The notes under the pieces: generated by a model
Told to the model about the DNA's origin: nothing
The model's input: the letters and a program-made list of their open reading frames with translations, nothing else
Database searches by the model: none
Shown: positions 17,884 to 27,734 of the stretch, piece after piece
How the letters are laid out: each line of letters opens with the position of its first letter
Position numbering within the stretch: position 1 is the first letter of the stretch
DNA from: a virus
Lineage: Duplodnaviria > Caudoviricetes
IMG/VR virus record: IMGVR_UViG_3300014862_000003
Span: 1-61,664 of that record
Length of the DNA stretch: 61,664 bases
Reading direction: 5' to 3' (one strand)
Translations under genes and position numbers: made by a program

Positions 17884-18648
17884 GTGGTCACCATCCGCGA
17901 GACGCAGCCCACCGCGAACGGCTTCGTCTCCGCGGACAAGACGGTGTCCCTCACGACCTGCGTCGCTGGCGACACGCTCGTCATCGCCCACGCCGGGAAC
18001 TCCAACCCGTTCATGGCTGACCCGACCAGCGACGCCGGATCGCTGACCCAGGAAGCGACTGTCACTAACGCCTTCGCCGGCCGCTGCCGCCTGCGGGTCT
18101 ACACCTGCCCGGTCGGGTCGACCGGTACGAAGGTCGTGACGTTCCCGTACACCGACGGCGCTGGTGGTGGCGCGGGCGACAACCACGGCAGTGTTCTGGT
18201 GCTGGCCGGGTCGCTGGTTGAGGACGGGACCAGCACCGAGGACGGCGTCGACGGGTCGAGTGCGACGAGCATCATGAATACCCTGTCGCCGACGCTGGCC
18301 ACGGACCTGTTGGTCGCGTTCTTCGCTGCCTTCAACACCGACGCCGCAGCGGGCTACTACTCGGCCGGCGCGTCGGGCATGACGTTGCAGGCGCAGTCGT
18401 TCGACACCGGCTTCCTGCAACTGGCCACGTTCACCGAGCAGTTGTCCGCGTCAGGTGCGACTGGTACCCGTGCGGTCGTGCCGGTGACGTCGGACAACCG
18501 CTACGTCTCGGCCGGTATCGCGATGCGGGTCGAGGTCGTCCCGGACGGGGCTGGCCTGCCGCTCACCTCAGCCACCGGGGGCCTCCGGTCCTCGTCCGCC
18601 GTTGGCGGGCGTCTGCTCATCTCGTCGACGGGAGGTCGGTTGCAGTGA
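17884..18648 (+). CDS. Probable virion structural or decoration protein (Thr/Ser/Ala-rich, beta-rich)
   Basis: Composition and position before the head-tail adaptor; resembles the C-terminal part of 24927..27728. Confidence 0.65.
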   Translation: MVTIRETQPTANGFVSADKTVSLTTCVAGDTLVIAHAGNSNPFMADPTSDAGSLTQEATVTNAFAGRCRLRVYTCPVGSTGTKVVTFPYTDGAGGGAGDNHGSVLVLAGSLVEDGTSTEDGVDGSSATSIMNTLSPTLATDLLVAFFAAFNTDAAAGYYSAGASGMTLQAQSFDTGFLQLATFTEQLSASGATGTRAVVPVTSDNRYVSAGIAMRVEVVPDGAGLPLTSATGGLRSSSAVGGRLLISSTGGRLQ

Positions 18649-19499
18649 CGACCCGTGACGTTGGCGATCGGATGAATCTGCAGCACCTGGTCTACAACTC
18701 GGCCGGCACTCTGACTGCGGCGACGGTCGTGCTCACGGTGACCGACCCGGCCGGCACCGCCACCACGCCATCGGTGACGGCGGCGGCGACCGGCACCTAC
18801 ACGGCCTCGTTCACGCTCGACTCGGCTGGAACCTGGTCGTGGGTGTGGACGGTGTCGGGGACGGTCATCGACGTCGACCGCGGCTCCGTCTTCGCGGCCA
18901 CGCCGGCGCCCGCCACCTACGCCACCCTGCCGGAGTTCAAGGCGTACCTCGGGATCACCGACACCACCGAGGACTCCGCCCTGCAGGACGCTCTGGACTC
19001 GGCGTCGCGGGGCATCACCGAGACCTGCGGCCGGACGTTCACCATCTCGACCTCGGCCACCGCGCGGCTGTTCGAGCCGGACCACTGGTGCTGGGCGAAC
19101 GTGGACGACTTCTGGACCACCACCGGTCTGATCGTCGCCACGGGCACCGACGGGTCGACGTTCACCACCCAGACCGACTACGAGCTGGAGCCGCGCAACG
19201 GCATGGTGTCCGGCGAGCCGGGCTGGCCGTACAACAAGATCCGGGCGATTGGCTGGACGTTCCCGACCTGCTCCACCCGGCGGCAGACGTTGCAGGTGAC
19301 GGCGAAGTGGGGCTGGCCCGCGATCCCGTCCCCGGTGAAGCAGGCATGCCTGATGCTCGCCTCGGAGACGGTGAAACTCAAGGGCGCCCCGTTCGGCGTT
19401 GCGAGCTTCGACCAGTTCGGGCCGGTGCGGGTGAAGGACAACCCGATGGCCATGCGCCGGCTCCAGCCCTACATCCGCACCCCGATCCTGGTCGGATAG
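18645..19499 (+). CDS. Head-to-tail adaptor with N-terminal Ig-like domain
   Basis: YATLPEFKAYLG...LDSASRGI...CGRTF; VTAKWGWPAIPSPVKQACL. Confidence 0.85.
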   Translation: MTTRDVGDRMNLQHLVYNSAGTLTAATVVLTVTDPAGTATTPSVTAAATGTYTASFTLDSAGTWSWVWTVSGTVIDVDRGSVFAATPAPATYATLPEFKAYLGITDTTEDSALQDALDSASRGITETCGRTFTISTSATARLFEPDHWCWANVDDFWTTTGLIVATGTDGSTFTTQTDYELEPRNGMVSGEPGWPYNKIRAIGWTFPTCSTRRQTLQVTAKWGWPAIPSPVKQACLMLASETVKLKGAPFGVASFDQFGPVRVKDNPMAMRRLQPYIRTPILVG

Positions 19500-19925
19500 A
19501 TGGCTGACCTCGAGGACGTCATCGACGCCGCGGTGACCCGGCTCCAGACCGGCTACGTGGGGCAGACGATCGCCGGCCGCATCCACGGCACGGCGCCCGA
19601 CTCGATCGTCCCGCCCTGCATGATCGTCCTCCCGTCCACCGGGGACTTCCTCGACTTCGACGCGACGTTCGAAGGCAAGGACGACATCGAGCTCACCATC
19701 AAGGTGATCGTCGGGGCCCAGGCCACCGAAGCCGGACAGCGGGCGCTCATGGGCTACTTCTCCCGCTCCGGGTCGCTGTCGCTGCGGACGGTCCTGTACG
19801 CGGATGCGCAGTTGGGCTCCACGGTGGCCGATCTGGAGATCCTCGCCGCGCGCGGCTGGGGCGATGTCGAGTGGGCCGGCGTCGTCTACTTCGGCGCCGA
19901 GCTCGGGATCAAGGTCTACACCTGA
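19500..19925 (+). CDS. Tail terminator / head-tail completion protein
   Basis: Size, position, PDSIVPP motif, beta-rich C-terminus. Confidence 0.65.
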   Translation: MADLEDVIDAAVTRLQTGYVGQTIAGRIHGTAPDSIVPPCMIVLPSTGDFLDFDATFEGKDDIELTIKVIVGAQATEAGQRALMGYFSRSGSLSLRTVLYADAQLGSTVADLEILAARGWGDVEWAGVVYFGAELGIKVYT

Positions 19926-20944
19926 TGCGCTGGCTCGTCTGCCATCCTGGGCCCTCGTTCAGCGTTCAGGACATCTTCGCCGGCTGGGTCGAGGCGCTCC
20001 GCGAGCTCGGCCAGGACGTCCACACCTACTCTCTCGACGATCGGCTCACCTTCTTCGGGTCGGTCCTCATGGAGGCCGACGAGCCGGGCAAGTTCAAGCG
20101 GGCCGTCACCGCGGAGCAGTCCTACGACATGGCCATTGACGGCCTGTACTCGACGCTGTACCAGACGTGGCCGGACGTCCTGCTGATCATCTCCGGGTTC
20201 TTCATCCCGCCCAAACTCCTCGACCGCGCCCGTAGAACGAGGACCCGCGTGGTTCTCGTCTGCACCGAGCAGCCCTACGAGCTGAGCCGCGAACTGGACC
20301 TCGCCCAGTACGCGGACCTGACGTTGGTCAACGACCCGACACACCTCGACAAGTTCCCGGCCGGCACCCGGTACGTGCCGCACGCCTACCGGCCGTCCAT
20401 CCACCACCCCGGCCCGGCCGTGCCTGAACTGCGGTCGGACTTCGCGTTCGTCGGCACTGGCTACCCGTCTCGGATCGGGTTCCTTGAGCAGATGGACCTC
20501 GACGGCCTAGACGTGCTGCTGGCCGGCAACTGGCAGCTCCTCAACGACGACCATCGGCTGCGCAAGTACGTGGCGCATGACCTTGGGGACTGCCTCGACA
20601 ACGTGAGGACGGCCGACGTCTACCGCTCCACTCAGGTGGCGATGAACCTGTACCGGCGGGAGGCCGAGAAGCCGGGCCTGTCGGCCGGCTACGCCATCGG
20701 TCCGCGTGAGGTCGAGCTCGCGGCCACCGGAACGTTCTTCCTGCGCGATCCGCGGCAGGAGTCGAACGAGGTGTTCGGCATGCTTCCCGCCTTCACCTCA
20801 CCCGAGGAAGCGTCGGAGCAGTTGCGGTACTGGCTCGCCCGCCCGGACGAGCGGGAACGTCTCGCCGCCGCGGCGCGTGAGGCCATCGCCGATCGGACGT
20901 TCCGCTCGCATGCCTCGTCGCTGCTGCGTCTGCTTGACGCCTGA
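19925..20944 (+). CDS. GT-B glycosyltransferase (CgeB / Glyco_trans_1_2-like)
   Basis: YVPHAY.P..H, DFAFVGT...R, YRSTQVAMN, PREVELAATG, DRTF; TGATG coupling. Confidence 0.85.
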   Translation: MRWLVCHPGPSFSVQDIFAGWVEALRELGQDVHTYSLDDRLTFFGSVLMEADEPGKFKRAVTAEQSYDMAIDGLYSTLYQTWPDVLLIISGFFIPPKLLDRARRTRTRVVLVCTEQPYELSRELDLAQYADLTLVNDPTHLDKFPAGTRYVPHAYRPSIHHPGPAVPELRSDFAFVGTGYPSRIGFLEQMDLDGLDVLLAGNWQLLNDDHRLRKYVAHDLGDCLDNVRTADVYRSTQVAMNLYRREAEKPGLSAGYAIGPREVELAATGTFFLRDPRQESNEVFGMLPAFTSPEEASEQLRYWLARPDERERLAAAAREAIADRTFRSHASSLLRLLDA

Positions 20945-20995
20945 AGCTCGGCCGCCGGCCGTTCATCACCAAACGCACTAAGGAGTGTGGTCAGT

Positions 20996-21394
20996 ATGGC
21001 CCGATTGGCCGGCAGGAATGCGCGCGTATATCTCGCGCTGGCCTCGGGCGGCACTGCGGAGCCGCTCGCGTTCCAAGCGGAGTGGAGCATCAACTTCACT
21101 ACGCCGAAGATCGATGTCACCGCATTCGGAGACAGCAACAAGGTCACCGTCGCCGGGCTCCCGGAGGCAAGTGGGGCGTTCTCCGGGTTCTACGACGACT
21201 CGACCGCGCAGTCGTACACGGCAGCCATCGATGGCGTAGCCCGAGCTTTCTACCTCTACACATCGACGGCCGCCACCACAAAGTACTGGTTCGGAACGAT
21301 CAACGTCGATGCGTCCTTTAGCGCCGGGGTTGCCGGTGCGACGACGGTCTCCTCGAACTGGGAGGCGGCGAGCCCGATCACCCGCATTGGTTAG
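20996..21394 (+). CDS. Major tail (tube) protein
   Basis: EWSINF....IDVTAFGD..KV.VAGL...SG.FSGFYD; AGGAG RBS 10 nt upstream of ATG 20996. Confidence 0.85.
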   Translation: MARLAGRNARVYLALASGGTAEPLAFQAEWSINFTTPKIDVTAFGDSNKVTVAGLPEASGAFSGFYDDSTAQSYTAAIDGVARAFYLYTSTAATTKYWFGTINVDASFSAGVAGATTVSSNWEAASPITRIG

Positions 21395-21412
21395 ACAACC
21401 TTCGATGTAGAC

Positions 21413-21441
21413 GGCCCCGCGCAGTGCTAGCTGCCGGGGCC
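21413..21441 (+). promoter_or_regulatory. GC-rich hairpin between tail tube and HNH genes
   Basis: GGCCCCG(C)GCAG-TGCTAG-CTGCCGGGGCC; no U-tract, so role uncertain. Confidence 0.5.
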
Positions 21442-21469
21442 ATGGCCGACACAACCGGAGAGTGCCGAC

Positions 21470-22090
21470 ATGGCAGAGGTTACTGCTGTTCCAACTCGCA
21501 AGTGCCGTAAGTGCTCGCAGGTCCTACCCATAACCGACTACTACCGGGACCCGACCTCGCCCGGCGGCCACCGAACAGCGTGCAAGACCTGCACACGTGC
21601 CGATGTCATGCGGCGCCAGCGGGCGAATGCTGACGAGGTGCGGGCCTACCAGGCCGCTTACCGGGAGATGCACCGAGCGAAGGCGCGCGCGACCACGGCT
21701 GCGTATCGAACGGCCAACCCTGAGCGGGTAAAGCAGGCACAGGACCAATTTCTCTCGAAACCCGAGAACCGCGTCATTGCACGGGAGCGCGCCCGTGCGT
21801 TCCGCCTTGCCAACCCCGAGCTTCGCAGTGAGTACGAGAAGCGACGTCGTGCTCGGAAGAAATCGACAGTCATCGGCTTTATCACGCCGGAGCAACTGGC
21901 CGCCAAGGCGACCTACTGGGGCGACAGCTGCTGGATGTGCCGCGGGCCATGGTCGAGTTGGGATCACGTGAAGCCACTCAACAAACAAGGCCCGCACGTG
22001 CTGGCCAACCTCCGGCCAGCCTGCACTCCTTGCAACCTCCGCAAGTCCGACCGATGGCCCTACGCTGCCGTCCTAGCAAAGGTGAACTGA
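21470..22090 (+). CDS. HNH endonuclease
   Basis: CRKC, CKTC, CWMC, WDHVKPLNKQGPH.LANLRPAC..CN.RK. Confidence 0.92.
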   Translation: MAEVTAVPTRKCRKCSQVLPITDYYRDPTSPGGHRTACKTCTRADVMRRQRANADEVRAYQAAYREMHRAKARATTAAYRTANPERVKQAQDQFLSKPENRVIARERARAFRLANPELRSEYEKRRRARKKSTVIGFITPEQLAAKATYWGDSCWMCRGPWSSWDHVKPLNKQGPHVLANLRPACTPCNLRKSDRWPYAAVLAKVN

Positions 22091-22441
22091 ATGGCCAGAC
22101 TCCGCCTCCAAGCAGCCGACCGCGAGCGACTCGGCTGCCCCGAGTTCCTGCAACTCGACCTTAACACTGTCACCAACAAGGAAGCCATCGCGCTGCGCAA
22201 GCTCGGCTTCCCCACGCCGAGGGCGCTGGTCCGGGCACTGCAGGCTTCCGACGAGGGCGAGAACCAGTACGAGGCGTGGACGGCGTTCGTGTGGCTGGCG
22301 CTCAAGCGGGCCGACGTCGACGCTGACCCTGATGTGCTTGAGTTCGCCCTACCGGTGGAGGTGCTCACCGAGGAGGAGCCGCCCGAGTCGGTGGACGAGC
22401 CGGGAAAACCGGAGGAGGTCCCCGAGGCCTCCACGAGCTGA
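22091..22441 (+). CDS. Tail assembly chaperone (gpG-like)
   Basis: Between tail tube and tape measure; carries G GGA AAA slippery site in the correct phase. Confidence 0.8.
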   Translation: MARLRLQAADRERLGCPEFLQLDLNTVTNKEAIALRKLGFPTPRALVRALQASDEGENQYEAWTAFVWLALKRADVDADPDVLEFALPVEVLTEEEPPESVDEPGKPEEVPEASTS

Positions 22442-22611
22442 CCGAAGACGAACTCGACCAGTACCGCGACATCGAGGCTGAGGTCCGCGAGTCGATCGCC
22501 GACTTCCAAATAGTGTTCCCGGGCCTCGCGTGGTGGCGCGAGGTGTACGACATGCCGCACGACCTGTGGCAGGCGTACCGCAACATTGCCGATCAGCGAC
22601 TGGGGCGGTGA
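22402..22611 (+). CDS. Tail assembly chaperone -1 frameshift extension (gpGT-like)
   Basis: GGGAAAA at 22402-22408; -1 frame is open to TGA 22609-22611 (GKTGGGPRGLHELTEDELDQY...ADQRLGR) with good codon usage. Confidence 0.85.
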   Translation, partial: GKTGGGPRGLHELTEDELDQYRDIEAEVRESIADFQIVFPGLAWWREVYDMPHDLWQAYRNIADQRLGR

Positions 22612-22615
22612 GGTC

Positions 22616-23086
22616 GTGGCGGTCCGCGGGTCGATCCGGGGTCGGGTTGAGCTTCGCGAGGTCATCACGAAGCTTGAGGTCACCGCGCCAGCCCAGTTGG
22701 AGAAGGACATCCTGCTCGGTGTCCGCGAAGCGGTGAAGCAGGTCAAGCCCGACCTGATGGCCTCGGCGCTGGCGAAGCTGCCGAAGCGGCACGGCTACTC
22801 CGCGCTCGTCGCTCGGGCAATGAAGGTCTCGTCGCGGGTCACGGGCGGGAAGAAGGTCGTCGCCGTCCTCCGGGTGACGGCGACGGGCAAGCGGGAGAAC
22901 CGGGACCTGTCGTCGCTGAACCGGGGAATCCTGCGCCACCCACTGTTCGGCAACCGGAAGCACTGGTTTGTGCAGCGGGTTCCGCGCGGGCTCGTCGACG
23001 ACCCGATCGACCGGGCCCGGGATCGGGTCGTGGCCAGTTCCCGCAAGGCCGCTGAGGCGTACGCCAAGTCGATCGCGAGGGGGTGA
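22616..23086 (+). CDS. Basic tail/neck completion protein (HK97 gp10-like)
   Basis: Basic, GILRHPLFGNRKHW motif; GTG after GAGGT RBS. Confidence 0.65.
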   Translation: MAVRGSIRGRVELREVITKLEVTAPAQLEKDILLGVREAVKQVKPDLMASALAKLPKRHGYSALVARAMKVSSRVTGGKKVVAVLRVTATGKRENRDLSSLNRGILRHPLFGNRKHWFVQRVPRGLVDDPIDRARDRVVASSRKAAEAYAKSIARG

Positions 23087-24930
23087 GCGTGGCTGACGAC
23101 GTCCGCAACATTCGGGTCAACGTCACGGTCGACTCGGACACCCGTGGGTCGGACCAGGCGGCTGCCGGGCTGGAGAAGATCGACAAGTCCGCCGGCAAGG
23201 CTCAGGGCGGTCTAGCCGATCTGACCAAGGAGTCCGAGAAGCTCGACGTCCAGCTGGCCAAGTCGAAGACGAAGCTGCGCGAACTCGAGCAGGAACTCAT
23301 CCGCAGCGCCGACCGGACGACCGGCAAGGGCTCGCTACGCCAGCGGGTGAACCAGGAGCGGTCCTGGCTGCGCGAACTGGAGCGGCTGTCCAAGTCCGCG
23401 GCCGAGACCGTGGTCAACGTGGGCAGCAAGTCCAGTTCATCCGGCGGCGGGATGGGCCGGATGAGCCTCATGAACCCGTCCGTGATCGCCGGCATCTCCA
23501 CCGCGGTCGGTGTCGCCGGTCCGGCGCTGGCGGCGATGGTCGGCGGTGTCATCGCCGGCGCGATCGGCACGGTGGGTGTGGCCGGCGGTCTGGTCATGGC
23601 CGCGCACAACCCGGAGGTGAAATCCGCCGCGGGCGCGATGTGGGACTCGGTGCAGGCCGAGTTCTTCCGCGGCACGGACGCGATGACCGAGCCGGCCATC
23701 GAGAGCATGGCGATCCTGCAGAAAGCCTTCCAGGAGATGAAGGTCCCGGAGGCCTTCGCCCTCATCGCCGACGAGATGCCGGTCATCGCCGACGGCTTCG
23801 GCGACATGGGCAAGAACATCATGCCGGGCTTCAACGCGGCGCTGTCGCGGATGGGGCCCTACGCCGACGCGGCGCATGACGGGCTGGCCGGCATGGGCAG
23901 CGCCCTGGGTGACTTCATGGACGACGTGACGGCGTCCCCGGGTGCGGTGCTGGGGTTGCGGATGACGTTCGCGGCCCTGAGCGGCACGGTCGCGCTGGTC
24001 GGCAAGGAGATCAAGTTCGCCTCCGACGCGTTCGCGGGCGTGCTCCTGATGGGCGCCAAGCTGGGCCAGCTCGACATCATCAAGATCCTCAGCCTGGGTG
24101 CGTCCGACAAGCCCAGCAAGGAGATCCAGGCCGCGTTCGACGCGCTCGGCCCGTCCTCGAACAACGCGACCGACGGGCTGGAGGGGTTCATCTCAGCCCT
24201 GCGCGGGCTGGGTGGCCCCACCACCGGCGCGGCCGAGGCCATGAAGCAGCTCAACGACGAGTTCGAGCGCAGCATCGACCTGAAGGCGTCGTTCATGCTG
24301 GACATGCTCGACGTCGAGCAGGGTCTGCAGGACCTGGCCGACGGGTTCGCCGACAACGGCACCGACCTGAGCGCGTTCACCGACGTCGGGCGGGACAACC
24401 AGCGGGCCCTGATCGGGCTGGCCCGCGAGATGCGCGGTGTGCGCGACGACCAGATCAACCTCGGTACGTCGACGGAGATCGCCAACGCGGCCCTTGAGGC
24501 GAACCACCAGCGCCTGCTCGACCAGGCCGAGGCCGCCGGCATCAGCCGCGCTGCGGTCGAGCTACTCATCGGGGCCCTGTTCGCCGTGCCGACGCTGCCC
24601 TTCCAGCAGACCGCCACCGGCTACAACCCGGAGACCGGATCGCGCTACGGCGGCAAGAACGCAGCCGGCGGTTACGTCTCGGCCGGTTCGTCTGTCCTCG
24701 TCGGTGAGTACCGGCCGGAGGTGTTCACGCCGGCCACGAACGGCTACATCTCCTCGTCGGTGGGTGCGTGGGCTTCGGGCATGGGTGGCGGCGGAGGTGG
24801 CGGGACCACGCAGGTCGTGCTGTCGTGGCGTCCCACCGGCGACAAGCTCCTGGACGCGATCCTGTCGCAGATCCGCGCCGAGGTGTCCAAGCAGGGCGGC
24901 GACATGGCGTTGCTGGGGTTGCACCCATGA
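23083..24930 (+). CDS. Tape measure protein
   Basis: Ala/Gly-rich helical protein, C-terminal AAGGYV.AG...LVGEYRPEVF motif; position. Confidence 0.9.
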   Translation: MSVADDVRNIRVNVTVDSDTRGSDQAAAGLEKIDKSAGKAQGGLADLTKESEKLDVQLAKSKTKLRELEQELIRSADRTTGKGSLRQRVNQERSWLRELERLSKSAAETVVNVGSKSSSSGGGMGRMSLMNPSVIAGISTAVGVAGPALAAMVGGVIAGAIGTVGVAGGLVMAAHNPEVKSAAGAMWDSVQAEFFRGTDAMTEPAIESMAILQKAFQEMKVPEAFALIADEMPVIADGFGDMGKNIMPGFNAALSRMGPYADAAHDGLAGMGSALGDFMDDVTASPGAVLGLRMTFAALSGTVALVGKEIKFASDAFAGVLLMGAKLGQLDIIKILSLGASDKPSKEIQAAFDALGPSSNNATDGLEGFISALRGLGGPTTGAAEAMKQLNDEFERSIDLKASFMLDMLDVEQGLQDLADGFADNGTDLSAFTDVGRDNQRALIGLAREMRGVRDDQINLGTSTEIANAALEANHQRLLDQAEAAGISRAAVELLIGALFAVPTLPFQQTATGYNPETGSRYGGKNAAGGYVSAGSSVLVGEYRPEVFTPATNGYISSSVGAWASGMGGGGGGGTTQVVLSWRPTGDKLLDAILSQIRAEVSKQGGDMALLGLHP

Positions 24931-27728
24931 CCATCCGCTTCGACATCGAGGTCTATCTGGCGCTGGGTGCCGACATCTCGGCCGACCCGTCCACGTGGAC
25001 CTGGAACACCGACATCACCGACTACTGCATGGTGCGCGAGGGCGGCGTGTCGATCCGCCGCGGCCGGGGCGATTGGCTGTCGACACCTTCGCCGGCAACG
25101 TGCCAACTGCTCGTCAACAACTCCGATGGCCGGTTCTCGCGGTTGAACCCGCTGGGCGCCTACTACGGCCAGTTGCGGAAGAACACACCACTGCGGGTGC
25201 GGGCGTGTGTCACGGGCGGATCGCTGGAGACGCGGTTCGTCGGGTACGTGTCTGAGTTCCCGCCGAGGTGGGAGCCCAGCGAAACCCACTACTGGGTGTC
25301 GCTGCGTGCCGACGGCGTCCTGCGTCGGCTCGGCCAGGGCAACAGCCCGATCCGGTCACTCGCCCGGTCCGAGGCGGACTTCTATCAGCGGTACTTCGCC
25401 AGCTTCGACTCCAGCACTGAAATCGTCGGCTACTGGCCGATGGAGGACGGCGCCGGCTCGACTCAAGCCGAGTCGGGTCTTGTCAACGGCGGCGATCCGC
25501 TGGTCCGCACTGCGGGCACGGTCACGTTTGAGGCAGAAACCGCTCCTCCTGGAGCGAGCGCCGCTCCGGGCATGGCGAGCGCCTCCCTGCGCGGTGCACC
25601 CCGAATCCCGTCCACCACTGCAACCGCGTCGGCGTTCGCGTGGACCGTCTCCTGCTTCTTCAAGGCATCGGCGGACTGTCGGATCCTCACCTGGGATTAC
25701 GGGTCCGGTGCTGCGGCACTGGCCATTTCGGGTGGCGAGCTGAACATCATCACCTCCGATGGACTCACCGCCGCCTTCTCCGGCGATGCGACGATCGACT
25801 ACACCGACGGCGAATGGCACTCGGCCGAGGTGACAGGCAGCGTCAGTGGCACCAGTACCTTCCTGTCGGGCAGCGCTGATGCCGTTGAGTCGGCGACGCT
25901 GACCTCCGTCGTCCTGACCGGACCCGTCCGGCTCGTGCAGCCCAACCCGCTGGCCGAGGCGGGACTGGCCAGCATCGGCCACATCCTGGTCATAGGCCCG
26001 GCAGGGTTCAGCAACCCGCTCGGTGACTCGGTGATGAGGGGCCTGCCCGGCACCAGAACCTCAACCATGTTCCTGCTCGCCTGCCTGTTCAACGACGTGC
26101 CCTACGACCAGCAGCCGTCAGCGTTGGAGATCTCCGCCGACCCGGACCTGGACGGTCTGGCGATGGGCACGTTCCCCGCCGGCACATTGCGGCAGGTTCT
26201 CGACGTCATCGTCAGCGCCGAGAACGGGTTGATGAACGAGCGTCTCACCGGTGAACTCGGGTTCGACCTGCGCACGCTGCGCGAAAACGTCGCTGTCGGC
26301 CTCGCGTTGGACTACGCCGCCGGCCACATCAAGCCGCCATTCGAACCGGCCGACGACGACTCGGCAACCCGCAACGACGTCCGGGTTACCCGCGAAGGTG
26401 GCGGAACCGGACGGGTCGAACTCGCGACCGGCCCGACCGGCACCGATCCGGAGTCCGGCGCTGGGCGCTACGACGAAGGGTTGACCCAGAACCTCTACAC
26501 CGCCGATCAGGCCAGGCAAAACGCTGGCTGGCGGGTGAACCTCGGCACCGTCGACGAGTACCGGTATCCGCTGGTGCACCTGATGTTCCACTCCAGCGCC
26601 AGCCTGTTGACGACTTGGCTCGCCTGCGACATCGGGTCCCGGGTCACCATCGACAACATGCCGGCGAACATGCCGCCAGACCTTGTCGACCAGGTCCTTG
26701 AGGGCTACACGGAGCGGATCAACAACTTCGAGTGGGACGTCGAACTCAACCTGTCGCCCTACAAGCCGTACAAGGTGTTCGAGATCGCCGACACCACGGC
26801 GGATGCGAACGAGTGGCTGGGTCGGTTGGCCGGAGACGACAACGCCGCCATCCGGGCCGCCATCACCACCACCGGGACGACGATCCTGCTCGACCCCAAC
26901 CGCTACCGGTGGACCACGACGGCCGACGACTTCGACCCGGACCTTCGGGTACGCATCGGTGGCGAGACCGCCGACATCTCCGGCATCTCCACCACGGCCG
27001 GTACATACGTGGCCGCCGGTGCGGCCAGCCACGCCGACAACGCCGCCGTCACACCAGCCATGTATGCGGGTGCGACGACCAGCGACCTGATCTGTGTCCT
27101 AGCCCGCATCCGAGGTTCAGCCGGGGCGCTGGCGGTGACCGGCTACGAGTTGATGCACCAGATCGGCGAACTGTGTCTGTTCGCTCGGGTACACGACGGG
27201 ACCGAAGCAGACCCGACCGTCACCCCGACCGGCGGAGCGGCTGGCGACACGGTGTCGGCGTTCACGTTCGGGCTGCGCGGCACCTCATGCACCTTCACCA
27301 CCCTCGCCGACATGATCGTCACGTCGGTGTCGCAGACCAACGCCTCCGCCGCGAACATCGCCTACGGCGGCGTGTATCCGATCCAGCAGGAGGGCTGCAT
27401 CCTGCTCCTGCTCGCGGGCAAGTCCGACGACTGGACGTCGGTCGCCGTGCCGTCGGGTTGGACGGAAATCGCCGAGCCGACCACCACCACCGGCAGCGAC
27501 CAGGGGCTGTATGCGGCCTATCAGATCCAGACCACGCCGGCGCTCGCAGTTGCCGGATCGCTGGTGGTGACCGGTGGCGGGTCGGCGGTGAGCGAGTCGA
27601 TGGTGCTCGCGCTTGCGGCTGGCTACCAGACCCTCACCGTCTCCGCCCGGAGCGTCAACGGAGTCGTCAAGGCCCATTCGGCAGCCACGAAGATCGAGGT
27701 CGAAAATGCTCATGTGCTCGGCTTGTAG
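24927..27728 (+). CDS. Minor tail protein (tail tip with LamG-like and hub-like regions)
   Basis: DITDY, SIRRGR, NNSDGRFS..NPLGAYY, GYWPMEDG, PADDDSATRNDV; ATGA coupling to tape measure. Confidence 0.88.
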   Translation: MTIRFDIEVYLALGADISADPSTWTWNTDITDYCMVREGGVSIRRGRGDWLSTPSPATCQLLVNNSDGRFSRLNPLGAYYGQLRKNTPLRVRACVTGGSLETRFVGYVSEFPPRWEPSETHYWVSLRADGVLRRLGQGNSPIRSLARSEADFYQRYFASFDSSTEIVGYWPMEDGAGSTQAESGLVNGGDPLVRTAGTVTFEAETAPPGASAAPGMASASLRGAPRIPSTTATASAFAWTVSCFFKASADCRILTWDYGSGAAALAISGGELNIITSDGLTAAFSGDATIDYTDGEWHSAEVTGSVSGTSTFLSGSADAVESATLTSVVLTGPVRLVQPNPLAEAGLASIGHILVIGPAGFSNPLGDSVMRGLPGTRTSTMFLLACLFNDVPYDQQPSALEISADPDLDGLAMGTFPAGTLRQVLDVIVSAENGLMNERLTGELGFDLRTLRENVAVGLALDYAAGHIKPPFEPADDDSATRNDVRVTREGGGTGRVELATGPTGTDPESGAGRYDEGLTQNLYTADQARQNAGWRVNLGTVDEYRYPLVHLMFHSSASLLTTWLACDIGSRVTIDNMPANMPPDLVDQVLEGYTERINNFEWDVELNLSPYKPYKVFEIADTTADANEWLGRLAGDDNAAIRAAITTTGTTILLDPNRYRWTTTADDFDPDLRVRIGGETADISGISTTAGTYVAAGAASHADNAAVTPAMYAGATTSDLICVLARIRGSAGALAVTGYELMHQIGELCLFARVHDGTEADPTVTPTGGAAGDTVSAFTFGLRGTSCTFTTLADMIVTSVSQTNASAANIAYGGVYPIQQEGCILLLLAGKSDDWTSVAVPSGWTEIAEPTTTTGSDQGLYAAYQIQTTPALAVAGSLVVTGGGSAVSESMVLALAAGYQTLTVSARSVNGVVKAHSAATKIEVENAHVLGL

Positions 27729-27734
27729 GCCCTG

